A stretch of 64,000 nt of DNA, from the NCBI RefSeq assembly GCF_006345805.1, contig NC_043020.1:28582001-28646000 (forward strand). The letters are read 5' to 3'. Below the pieces are notes generated by a model, which searched no databases, was not told where the DNA came from, and saw only the letters and a list, made by a program, of their open reading frames with translations. This DNA is from Octopus sinensis. Lineage: Eukaryota. A program made the translations under genes and the position numbers. This document shows positions 1-11,464 of the stretch, in pieces; within the stretch, counting starts at the first letter, position 1; each line of letters begins with the position of its first letter.

Positions 1-140
1 ATTTTACAGAAGGAAGAGCAAGCCTTCTATCATACTCTCAATTTTGGTGAACTTGCGCTGCAGGGTCTTGGAGGAGATAGTGTTAGTTGAAGCCTACCAA
101 ACCTGCCATACACAGACAACTTCAGCTTTATATATAGAGA
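1..140 (-). mobile_element. 5' part of a non-autonomous Helitron (same family as 41285-41661)
   Basis: Reverse complement of 41285-41425 (TCTCTATATAAAGCTGAAGTTGTCTGTG...). Confidence 0.75.
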
Positions 141-509
141 GAGAGATAACATAAGTGTAGTGGAAGCTAAGGTTATAATCATAATGTCAGTGATATTATG
201 CAAATGGCTACCATCAGTCGTACAAATGACTCAATGATCAGTTTTTATATCTTTGCAGGTTCCAGCCATCTTTTGGATGCATTGCATTCTGTTGCCTTGG
301 CTACATTAAAAATACCAAACTTTGAGTCTCCATTATATTTCATTATGTTTTATTTCTTTTTATCTCCAGGTGACTCTTTTAAGACCTTTGATTGTAAGCA
401 GGTGATACACACAACAGATAAGGTGATGAGATGGCAGAATCGTTGCTGTGCATTTTTAATTGGCATTGATGAAGCAGTCCACCACATAGTTTGTTCCTTG
501 CTGTAGCAT

Positions 510-1015
510 GGTAGCTTGTGTCCCTCAATGACCCTGGAGCTATGCCAGCAGAGCATAAGCTCCAGTTGAGCTGGCAGAGTGGTTAGCACGCCGGGCGAAA
601 TGCTTAGCAGTATTTTGTCTGTCGCTACGTTCTGAGTTCAAATTCTGCCATGGTTGACTTTGCCTTTCATCCTTTCGGGGTTGATTAAATAAGTACCAGT
701 TACGCACTGGGGTCAATATAATCGACTTAATCCATTTGTCCCCTCTCTGTGTAGCCCCTTGTGGGCAGTAAAGAAATAAGCAGAGCATAAGTTCCTGGTA
801 GGTATTCCCATGCTGGACATGGCTAAGGACAGCGACCAGACTAATTAGGACTACCTCTTCCCAGAGATAAAAATGGGCCAGAAGCACTGATGCCATTTCA
901 AAACCAATGAGCTAGGAAAAGAAGGTCACTCCTAATCTAAAAGCCCAGAGCCAAGAGCAGTGGAGAAAAGTTGTCAATGGCCTACATTTCATTGGGAGCA
1001 ATGGGCCTAAGTAAT
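510..1015 (+). mobile_element. RTE-derived non-autonomous element (5'UTR-like part plus 3' end), interrupted by a SINE
   Basis: tcaatgaccctggagctatgcc...ctggtagg...ccatgctggac resembles RTE 5'UTRs and the - strand copy at ~54590-54790. The 3' part ends tggagaaaagttgtcaatggccta...cctaagtaa. Confidence 0.5.
560..778 (+). mobile_element. tRNA-derived SINE family A (~220 bp) with 13-bp TSD
   Basis: TSD AGCAGAGCATAAG at 547-559 and 779-791. Homologous copies at 6385-6600, 6907-7100 (-), 11813-12233 and 22614-22847. Confidence 0.9.
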
Positions 1016-1589
1016 TGATAAAGTAACAGCTTTCTAAAAGTTCAGATTTAAATTAATGAATTTAGGTATTATATTGCTTGGTATTTTAGAAGTTTTGTTA
1101 TTTTGTATTGCTGCCTCAAAGCATAGGAATACCTACCAAGGACAGAAGCAACCAACAAATTGATTAGTCATGCAAGAATGAGTGCAGATTGGTTGAGAAG
1201 TTCAGTTCTCAACAATATGGTTCTGGATTTGATCCCGTTATGCAAGCATCTTCATCAGCTGCTTTCTATCAAAGCATTGAGTTGAGCAAAACTTTGTGAA
1301 TGGAATTTGGTCGATGGGACTACTACGTCCTACAATAGTTCCTTTGTGGTGAACTCCATCAGGGAAAGCGGATGGTTGTGGAGTAAAGGAAATGGTTAAG
1401 GTGCAAGGACTGCTGAAAAACATCTCTGAAAGGCTGCAACAAGTTTACAGGTGAATGACTGGTAGATGATGATGATGATGAAGGACTGTTGTTGGAGTTG
1501 GAACATTGTGCACTCAACAATTGGCCATTTTCACCATTGGTCCCTGTGCATGTCATGTGACAGCAACAGACACATGTATATAAAAGACG

Positions 1590-2076
1590 TATGAGCGTGA
1601 TCGTTGTTAGAGCTGGTGGCACGTAAAAGGGCACCATTCAAGCATGATTGTTACCAGCATCGCCTTACTGGCATTTGTGCCCGTGCTAGTAGGGTGCCAA
1701 GAGCACCATCCGAGCGTGATCGTTGCCAGAGCAGCCAACTGGCTTCCGTGCCAGTGACTCGTAAAAGGGCATCATTCGAGCGTGATCGTTACTAACGTCG
1801 CCTTACTGGCACCTGTGCCGGTGGCATGTGTAAAAAGATTCGAGCGAGGTCGTTGCCAGTACCGCCTGACTGGCCCCCCCTGTGCTGTGGCATGTAAAAA
1901 GCACCCACTACACTCTCAGAGTGGTTGGCATTAGGAAGGGCATCCAGCTGTAGAAACTCTGCCAGATCAAGATTGGAGCCTGGTGCAGCCATCAAGTTCA
2001 CCAGCCCTCAGTCAAAATCGTCCAACCCATGCTAGCATGGAAAGCGGATGTTAAACGATGATGATGATGATGATGA
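1590..2076 (+). mobile_element. Retroposon 3' end (family C) with five ~50-70-bp tandem units and a (GAT)n tail
   Basis: Repeated gagcgtgatcgtt...actggc...gtgcc.gtggca.gtaaaa units; conserved aggaagggcatccagctgtagaaac...cccatgctagcatggaaagcgg tail. Confidence 0.85.
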
Positions 2077-2964
2077 TATAATACCTACCTTAAGTGGACT
2101 TGAAATAACGATGGGAACGAACTGAGGGTGTTATGTTTCTGTCACATGTACTGGAATGTTAAGGAGTTTGTGTTTAGTCTACTTCTAGCAAAGAAGTATC
2201 AAACCAACGTTTTACATGTGAAACTAGGGCAGCTCATGAAACGTAAGAGGGAAATATATTCCACAGGAAAATCCTATTTACCAAGTGAAAAGTCTTTGTT
2301 GCTTTTGCCATTGTCTCTGCTCACTACACTACTCAGTGTAGCCTGGTCAGTTGCTCACCTCTTCACCCAATATAAATTTCTACTGCGTAATATAATTTGG
2401 ACCTCCACACGTACATACACAGATGATGTTTTGGAGCAGCTGTGGTCCACTGAACTGAATACAGTAAATATTTCCTGCAGATCAATGGTGGAATAACATG
2501 CAAAACTAATGACTGTTCAATGCATCACCATCTGTGCCACCCTTAATGATTTGATAATGGTTTCACAATAAATTGTATTTAGATAATAGTAAACAATAAG
2601 AATAGTTTCAAATTTTGGTATAAGACCCGTAATTTTAGGGACCGAGGGTTATATATTTTATGATTTAAGTTTTCAAAATAACTAAGGATTAAAGCTAAAC
2701 AAAATGTCATATATCTGAGAGGATTAATTAATAAAGTTTGTTGATTAGTTATCATTAGTAATGCTCATGCAACATCTTCCAATAAGTAAATCAATTCTAA
2801 AAATGTCCTGTGCCAACATCACATAAAAAGCACCGGTGCCAAAGCCATGTAAAACGCACCTGTACCAGCACCTCATAAAAATGCACCTGTGTTGGTACCA
2901 CATAAAAAGTACCCAGTACACTCAGTAAAGTGGTTGGCATTAAAAGGGGGCATCCAGCTGTAGA

Positions 2965-3320
2965 AACTGTGCACATAAAGCATATGCAGTAATGTACGAA
3001 TGTCTGGGAAGTGAACAATGTATGAGTCAGATACATGCATGTGTATGGAGGGGAGAAAATCAGGTGTAGTGTTGGCGAATCTCAGGAAGCATGGAAGTTT
3101 TGAAGGATGCAGTGCTCCGACAACTAACAACTGATGCTGGCAGTCTGTTCCATGCTTCAGCAACTCTTAGCATGAAAAAAATGTTTCCGAAAGTCATGGG
3201 AGCTGTGCTGTTTTCTGACTTTGTAAACATGTCTACAGGTATTAGACAGGTGGAGTTTGAAAAGGTGCTCAGAGTTATGTTAGCTTTGAACAAATATGGC
3301 TTAGGTAAATTGATGATATA
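2965..3320 (-). mobile_element. CR1-clade LINE 3' end
   Basis: Translates FFMLRVAEAWNRLPASVVSCRSTASFKTSML*, a typical CR1 ORF2 C-terminus; near-identical inverted copy at 9819-10180. Confidence 0.85.
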
Positions 3321-3957
3321 TGTAAAACAAATGGAGAAAATATAGAAGAAACAATACATAAGATTTATAGATTGAAAATTAACACTTGGCTAGTAATACA
3401 TGTATAACAGCCCTTTGAAGGAGACTGAGGGTAAAAATGATTAGAGCTAAAATATATAATGTATTATGTTTGAAAATTAATTAAGAATAAGAGTCTAGAA
3501 TTAGCAGAAATAAAATATGATACTAATTATGCAGTAAGTTTCTAAATTTTTATAAGTGGAGGAGTAGATAAGGTGTGAGGATAAAAAGGGATTAGGGTTA
3601 AATATATAATGTATTACATTTGACAATTAAGAATATTATAAAGGAGCAAGTGAAATGTAAAAAATTATTAATTTTTATAATGAATGTTTAGGGGAAACAA
3701 TAGTCCATTGAAACAGTTAAAGAATGAGTATTAAGAATTAGCAGAAATTAAACTAATGAGGGTCGTCAAAAAGTGGAATGTAATATCTGTGATGTAATTG
3801 GATGCTGTTTTTTTTTTTAATATGTATGAACTGTAAGAAACGTTTAATGAGGAAATTAACGAGCAAAGGCGGAAACAGAGAATATATGAGAACAAAGAAT
3901 GTCTTGCAACGAGAAACAAGCATGAGATGTATTGAAGTTGTGTTACATACTCTTTTT

Positions 3958-4341
3958 ACTCTTTTACTTGTTTCAGTCATTTGACTGCGGCCATGCTGGA
4001 GCACCGCCTTTAATCGAGCAACTCGACCCCGGGACTTATTCTTTTGTAAGCCCAGTACTTATTCTATCGGTCTCTTTTGCCGAACCGCTAAGTAACGGGG
4101 ACATAAACACACCAGCATCGGTTGTCAAGCAATGCTAGAGGGACAAACACAGACACACATATATATATACATATTTACGACAGGCTTCTTTCAGTTTCCG
4201 TCTACCAAATCCACTCACAAGGCTTTGGTCGGCCCGAGGCTATAGTAGAAGACACTTGCCCAAGGTGCCACGCAGTGGGACTGAACCTGGAACCATGTGG
4301 TTGGTAAACAAGCTACTTACCACACAGCCACTCCTGCGCCT
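3958..4341 (-). mobile_element. Full-length SINE family B (tRNA head, CORE-like gtggcaccttgggcaagtgtctt, internal (TA/CA)n)
   Basis: Near-identical to 8993-9398, 47953-48340 and 62965-63418. Head aggcgcaggagtggctgtgtggtaag...ggttcagtccca. Confidence 0.9.
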
Positions 4342-4377
4342 ATAAAAACATTTGGAAAAGAACTAGGTTCAGAATTT

Positions 4378-4740
4378 ATGAGATGGCATTAGCAATGATA
4401 TAGTTGAGACAGAGTTTGAATAGCTTTGAACTCTCCCATCTACTTTTATAGGAAGCCTAAGATATATGCTGGAGAGGACAAAGGATGCTGTGACTTATGG
4501 GTGTCTTAATCCTTTCATCACTTTTACGTGCAATGCTAAATGGATCAAGATGTAAGCAGAGCTTTTTCCCAGGACAGTTTGTACATTGACAGACGCACCT
4601 TAATTGTAAGAGCTTTTTCCTTTCAAGGTTTCCGAGTTGTTCGACCTAATAACTAAATCTCACATATTTCAACCAATTTGTTGTGTCATGAACGCAATTG
4701 ACTGGCAAGAAAAAGAGCTGTCTCACCTACATATATCATT
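4378..4740 (+). pseudogene. Fossil Helitron Rep (HUH endonuclease) fragment
   Basis: LPSTFIGSLRYMLERTKDAVTY..FITFTCNAKW and FDLITKSHIF..CCVMNAIDWQEKELSHLHI align to Helitron LPSSF.G.PRYM..R.QDAM.Y..DLFITFTCNP.W and IEWQKRGLPH.H. Stop and frameshifts present. Confidence 0.85.
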
Positions 4741-5212
4741 CTGCCTTTTACAGAAAATTTATGAAACAGAGAATTTATGGCGGAGAGAGTGCATGTCATT
4801 GAGGAAGTCACAAATGGCAACAAAAGGACTTTGAAAGCAAGTGAGCAATTAGCTGGTAGGCTAAATAACTAACCAGTGACTAATAAGAAAGCTGAGCTGA
4901 CCCCGAGAGTACCAAACAACATTAAAATCCTCCAGCACATTGTTTGGTTTTCTTTAAATCATATGAAATAGGACACAAAACTTTTATAAAAAACTTGAGC
5001 GAATCCTCAGTCATTTTGATGTTAGCTTTTCCATTCTGGCAAAAGTTGGATGAGACTTCTTGCCCTGACATCAATAAAGGAAGTACCAGCTTTGTGCTGG
5101 TGCAGTTTCCACTTTACCTCCTCCTGTCACATCCTGAATCAAGGGTGGGACAACAAAGGGTGCTTATGTCTGCTCACGACTGCATGGGCACCTAAAACAA
5201 TCAACAACAGCA

Positions 5213-5400
5213 TGGGTGGAGGTGCAATGGCCTAGTGGTTAGGGCAGCGGACTCACAGTCGTAAGAACGTGATTTCGATTCCCAGACTGGGCATTGTGAG
5301 TGTTTATTGAGCAAAAACACCTGAGCTCCACGAGGCTCCAGCAGAGGGGTGAACCCAGCTGTACTCTTTCTCTCACTCTTTCTTCCTACTTCTGCCACAA
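5213..5400 (+). mobile_element. 5' part of a tRNA-Arg-like SINE (family D)
   Basis: A box tggcctagtgg and B box tttcgattcc; homologous to 29288-29594. Confidence 0.75.
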
Positions 5401-5961
5401 AGCAGAGGAACCATGGTATAACCCACTATGGTGTGGTAAACTTTCAGACCCTAGTCTAGATTGCGAATCCTCTCTACCCCAGAATGGTTCAGCTCTCCAC
5501 TCGTTAAAAGCCACCGTTTACGGAATGAGGATAACAACGTAGCTTTCATGCCCGTGCAACTGCCAGTCTGTCGTGTGTGGTGGGTGGATCTTCAAGTTGC
5601 CACACGCATTCTTAGTAGCTTAGAGTAGAATCGAAGTAGAGGTTATTCTTTGTAGCGAATGGCGTGAGTCCTGATTGGAAGAAGAAGAAGACAACAGCAT
5701 GGTACAAGCTAACAAGTTGTCTTTGATTACCAAGAATCTTAGAAATATTTACACAGCATTGAAACGATTATACTAAGTTACTGACTGATGTTTTAATTAT
5801 TTTGGTAAGTATGGGAGACAACTAAAGACATGTTTCAATACACTTAGTCCTCCTCAGCAAATAAATTTCACTACACTTGCATTATTAATAATGAGAGAAC
5901 CATTAAGAACAAGTGCAATATGTTACACAACTGAGTATTAAAATTTAGTGTAGGTTGCTTA

Positions 5962-6311
5962 CTCAGAGACACCACCTGCATGAATAAACAATAGTTAAGT
6001 TAGTGTTAATGTATTTCATATTTGCAAAGTATGAAAAATTTAATTACAATTACTTATGAGCTGATGAATAAAACAGCATTATTTCAATAACTTGTGCACA
6101 TGTGTTTCTAATTAAATTCTTAATGTTTTTTCCTTAACATAATTCTTAACGATGATTTCTCCTTAGTGCATAATTAGTTTTAATTTCATTCTTCATGTTT
6201 ATAATTTTTAACAGAGCTATTTTAGTTTGAATGACGACAATCAATGGAAGAATATGAAATACATTAACACTAACTTAACTATTGTTTATTCATGCAGGTG
6301 GTGTCTCTGAG
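5962..6311. mobile_element. MITE with perfect 61-bp TIRs and TA target duplication (Tc1/mariner-type)
   Basis: 5962-6022 is the exact reverse complement of 6251-6311; TA on both sides. Confidence 0.9.
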
Positions 6312-7280
6312 TAGCATTTTTCTTGTTTGTTTTTTTTTTGCCATATGGGGATTTTTTTTCTAGTGCAAAATAATTTAAATATTAGCTTACTCTAAAGGCA
6401 GCAAGCTGTTAGACTCGTTATCACGCTGGGCAAAATGCTGAGCACCATTTCAGCTATCTTTATGTTCTAAGTTCAAATTTGGCTGAGGTCAACTTTGCCT
6501 TTTATCCTTTCGGGGTCGATAAAATAAGTTGGGCGGGGGAGGGGGGTCGATGTAATCAACTTAACCCCGCCCCCAAAATTGCTGGCCTTGTGCTAAAATT
6601 TGCAATCACCATTAGTTTACTTTAGTTTAAATCATTTTGTATGATAAAAAAACATTTCAAACTGGTGTCAGCTCCCAGTCGAAAATATTTCAGTGAAATA
6701 AATTTCTTCCCTCTTTGTTAACGGGAATACAAAAATAAAACTTGCATCCATGTAATTCTTTGAAACTTTTGGTGGAACTTTAGTGTGCAGTCTACTGCGA
6801 TACCCACATGATACTATGAAATACCCTGATCTCAGTTACGAATGGGGTTAGGGTTAGGATTCAGAGTTAGATTAGGGGTAGGATTAAGGTTAGTGTTCAA
6901 CTGCATATTTTCTTCTTTATTCCCCTCATAAACATAGAGGGGACAAATAAGGACAGACAAAGGGATTAAGTCGATTACATCGACCCCAGTGCGAAACTGG
7001 TATTTAATTTATCGAGCCCAAAAGAATGAAAGGCAAAGTCGACCTCGCAGAGTTTGAACTCAGAATGTAACGGCAGCCGAAATGCCACTAAGCATTTAGT
7101 CTAGTAGTAATGTGGCCTAACCACATATAATACTGGTGGAGGTTGGCTGTGAAGCAAGTTCCCTTCAATCTCATTGCTGATATTCACTCAGTTACTTTAT
7201 GAGAGATTTTCACTGTAAATATCTTAATTTCATGTTTATCAATCCCTGGTCATGAAAAACGAATTGAATAATTCCTGTTA

Positions 7281-7805
7281 CAGTAATACCTCACTTTACA
7301 AGGACTTGTTTTACAAGACCCTGGGTTTATGGGTTCTATTTTTCTAGCACAAGATCCAAATTTTGAGCAAAGTGCAAAAGTTCCTTCTACCATAGCAAAT
7401 GCTCCTGCGTATTGCCAAGAAATTTATAAAGAGTAAAAAAAGCTTCTTCTAAGCAAGTAACTCTGGACTTGTTTTTCAAAAAGAAATCTACTAGTCTGTC
7501 TATGAGTGCTTGTGAATCAGTGATCATGTCTACAAGTTATGGTGTGCGTGAGTCTAATGCGAGTGAAAGTGATTCAGAAAACAATTATAATATTTTTCAT
7601 TATAAAAGATCTTGACATTCCTTTTACTTTATATAAAATATTCTTTACATTCTACTGTTGTTTCAGTGCCATTTTTTTTACAAGTATTATAAATTTTATA
7701 GGTAAACTATTTTTCTGGGAACGAATTACGATTTATTACTACTATGGGAAATTATTGCTCTGCTTTATGAGCAGTCTCTGGGAACAAATTAACTTGTGTA
7801 GTGAG
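7281..7805. mobile_element. Tigger/pogo-like non-autonomous remnant
   Basis: TA|CAGTAATACCTCACTTTACAAG left end; partial right end cttgtgtagtgag. Confidence 0.5.
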
Positions 7806-8992
7806 CTAGAAAAGAGAGAATGTAATACAACGGCCATGGGAAATTTTCGTGTCCATTCATATAAAAATCGAATCGATCTTTTTCGATGGGAATATAATCC
7901 ATTTTCAGAGCGATTAGAATTTTGGAATCTAACTTTTAAAAAAATATATATTCGCTCGGGTTAGACTCCAGAGTTATTTCCCTTGTGCCATTTCTAAACT
8001 AAAGTTTTCGCAATAAGTTTTATGGAGTCGAACGTTAAGCTCGGAAACCAGAATACATTTATTTTTTAGCTTTCTTTTACTGAACACTACGGTAGCTCTA
8101 TGGCCCGTCAGTCCAGAAGTTCCCTTCTATTAGGTTTTTTTTTTTTCATTTTTCAGGCAGTTTGCCAGATCTGTCGCAATTGCACCGTAATACTTATTTT
8201 TGTTGCCAGAATGAACTTCAGCAGCGTGAAATGAAATGTTTGGATCAAGAACACAACGTGTCGCTCGATCCAAGAACCGAAACCACAAACTGACGATCAC
8301 GAACCAACACCCGTAACCACTAAGCTACACACCTACGCAGGATACAATAATATTTATTCAAAATTCATTGTCAAATTTTAATTACTCTGCAACCTAATTT
8401 TTTATATAGTAAAATGGTAATGTCATAGAAAAATACCATAATATAGAATATAAGATGACATGATATTCATTGTTATTTCATACCAGAGGTTGCAACAATT
8501 ATTATTTTTTTAAATCCCAGTTGCTTACAAAACTCTCCTGCATACAGTGTTATGACTGTGTTTTCAGAGGGTTTATCCTAATCACTACAATTTTATTTGT
8601 GACTAGCTTAAAAGCCACACTCCGTGGGGACTTTTTGACTAGCTCCTGTGGAGGGTTAGTTGGGCCTGCAGCCCAAAACTAAAGAGAATAATAATAATGA
8701 TAAAGCATTTATCGGTACCCTACCAATATGGTATCACTCTAAATTCAGTTTAAATGCAAAACTTGTATGTTGACAAATTTTTGGACTTCTTTCAAAATTT
8801 GAATTTTCAACTGTCAGCATATACAAAAATCCTCATCCAGACCTGATCCCAATGCTGGATGTTCAAGAACCAAAATGAAAAGCAGATTTTCAATCCTGGG
8901 ATTATCCTGATTCCAAAAAGCCATAATATGTCTATGAAGAGCAAATGTTGACTGAGACACAGGGGTCCTGAATGGATGGACAGACAGAATTC

Positions 8993-9398
8993 TACTCTTT
9001 TACTTGTTTCAGTCATTCGACTGCAGCCATGCTGGAGCACCGCCTTTAGTCGAGCAAATCGACCCCAGGACTTATTCTTTGTAAGCCCAGTACTTATTCT
9101 ATCGGTCTCTTTTGCCGAACCACTAAGTGACGGCGACATAAACACACCAGCATCGGTTGTCAAGCAATGCTAGGGGGACAAACACAGACACACAAACATA
9201 CACACACATAAATATATATATATACATACATATTTACGACAGGCTTCTTTCAGTTTCCGTCTACCAAATCCACTCACATGGCATTGGTCGGCCCGAGGCT
9301 ATAGTAGAAGACACTTGCCAACATGCCACGCAGTGGGACTGAACCTGGAACCATGTGGTTGGTAAGCAAGCTACTTACCACACAGCCACTCCTGCGCT
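8993..9398 (-). mobile_element. Full-length SINE family B
   Basis: Highly similar to 3958-4341 by eye. Confidence 0.9.
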
Positions 9399-9818
9399 TA
9401 GGTTTATTATTATAGAAGGAAAATCTTTTTGGAACAATTAAGCTAGCACCATCATTATCATCATCATCATGGTCTCATCACCTTTTAACTTTCATTTTCC
9501 ATACTTACATGGATCAGACAGAAGTTATTGAGGCATATTTTCTATCAAATCTGATCAGCTGATTGTTTAGCAGCAATTTCCATAAAGAATTTTTACTTTA
9601 TTTACTTTTGTTACCAATTCCTGTTGAATCCAACATTTGCTTTGAAGTCAGTGAAGAAGGTGAAAAGGGAAATATGCACCCCCTCCCCTATTGACTTCCA
9701 TGTCCATGAGTTGAATAGTGAAACACACACTCACATGCATACAGCCATTGCAATAACTCTGAGCACCTCGTACAAACAATAACTCTGAGCATACAGCCAA
9801 ACAATAACTCTGAGCACC

Positions 9819-10180
9819 TTTTCAAACTCCACCCATCTAACACCCGTGGACATGTTTACAAAGTCAGAAAACAGCACAGCTCCCATGACTTCAGGAAACA
9901 TTTTTTCACACTGAGAGTTGCTGAAGAATGGAACAAACTGCCGGCATCAGTTGTTAGTTGTTGGAGCACTGCATCCTTCAAAACTTCGATGCTTTCTGAG
10001 ATTCGCCAACACTACACCTGATTTTCTCTCCTCCATACACACACAAGCATGTATCTGACTCATACATTGTTCGCTTTCCAGACATTTCTACATTACTGCA
10101 TGTACTTTATATGCACTTTCTGACAAGTTGTGGTGCACCTGAGCACTGTATACAATAATTTCATTATTATTATATTATTA
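9819..10180 (+). mobile_element. CR1-clade LINE 3' end
   Basis: TRGHVYKVRKQHSSHDFRKHFFTLRVAEEWNKLPASVVSCWSTASFKTSML...TGA at 10019-10021, then 3'UTR and (ATT)n tail. Confidence 0.85.
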
Positions 10181-10479
10181 TTATCTTTCTTATACACATA
10201 TATACATAAAAACACATACATCTTTTTTGCATGTATGTATGGGTGTATGTGTGTGAATTTGTGTTTCACAATTCAACTCATGGACATGAAAGTCAATGGG
10301 TGTGTATGTGTGTGTGTGCATGCGTGTGTGTGTATGTGTGTGTGTGTGCATGCATGCATGTGTGTGTGTGTGGATAATTCTTTATTAGCGTTATCGCTCA
10401 TTTAACTGAACTCTTCAAGACAAAAATTAAAACCAAAATGATAAAAACATTGCCCATTAAATAAAATAAAGTAAGTTCA

Positions 10480-10885
10480 CAACTGTAACCCACACCAGTG
10501 TCGCATAAGCTGCCCACTCAAAAGTTCCTTGGATTGTAGGGCGTCATGCCATGCTTGGGGAGACCTATTGAGTCAAGTACATCAAAATCAAATCAAATCA
10601 CATTCAAATGGAAATTGTAGTTGTGATCCCCATCCTGGTGGCATGTAAAAAGCACCACCCGAATGTGGCTGATGCCAGCACTGCCTTGACTGGCTTCTGT
10701 GCCACTGGAATGTAAAAAAATCCACTACATTCTTGGAGTGGTTGGCATTAGGAAGGGCATCCAGCTGTAGAAACACTGCCAAATCAGACTGGAGCCTGGT
10801 GCAGCCTCCTGGCTTCCCAAACCCCAGTTGAACCATTCCACCCATGCTAGCATGGAAAACGGACGTTAAACGATGAAGTTGGTGA
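10480..10885 (+). mobile_element. Family C retroposon 3' end
   Basis: Conserved tail as at 1900-2076, with a longer 5' portion shared with 27859-28142. Confidence 0.8.
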
Positions 10886-11464
10886 TGCACACACACATAT
10901 ACATACATACATATATATACACACACATACATATATATATGTATCTATATGTGTGTGTCTGTGTTTGTGTCACCACCACTACTCGACAATCAGTGTTGGT
11001 TTGTTTACATCCCTGTAACTTAGCAGTTCAGCAAAAGAGTTCAATAGAATAAGTACCAGACTTTAAAAAAAACAATAAGTGCCGGGGTTGGTTTGCTTGA
11101 CAAACCCCTTGAAAGTGTTGCTCCAGTATGGCTGCAGTCCAGTGACTGAAACAAGCATTACCTAGAAGGCAAAGTTCAAGAGAGTGTACTGTCTACACTA
11201 GTGTGTTCATAATAGGGGTTGTTACTTTATTTGCTTCTGTTCTCCACTCAACCATGAAATTTAGTACAATTGCTGTTTCATGGTTGGGTAACTGGGGAAG
11301 AGCATTCAACCATGAAAGTATTTACTCCTAAAATAAGCATCAAACCATCAAATAGAAATACAAAATGATAAAATAAATTTTTACTTTTATATTGAAATGT
11401 TAGGTAAGGACATGTGCTTGTAACCTTGTTACAAACTTAGCAGAGACAAATTTTTTTTACTAAG

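Noticed and set aside
198-506. 102-aa ORF with two strong + acceptors (ending 258 and 370)
   Set aside because: No usable donor between them and no recognisable protein in any frame on either strand.
1590-1900. Regularly spaced repeats as a CRISPR array
   Set aside because: Units are degenerate tandem copies without unique spacers, inside a eukaryotic retroposon; no cas genes.
2128-2496. 122-aa + ORF and nearby - strand donor-like sites
   Set aside because: No homology recognised and no consistent exon could be built.
4754-5195. Putative two-exon + gene starting MAERVHVIEEV
   Set aside because: An alternative frame (FYKKLERIL...AKVG) looks like a decayed RTE endonuclease; no independent support.
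6844-6895. Interstitial telomere
   Set aside because: Only a few degenerate TTAGGG-like units; more likely internal to a repeat.
8807-9342. ORF families recurring across the window (MTTDAGV..., MSSNARG..., MAAPG.NLDL...)
   Set aside because: They recur because they are read through SINE and retroposon copies; not genes.
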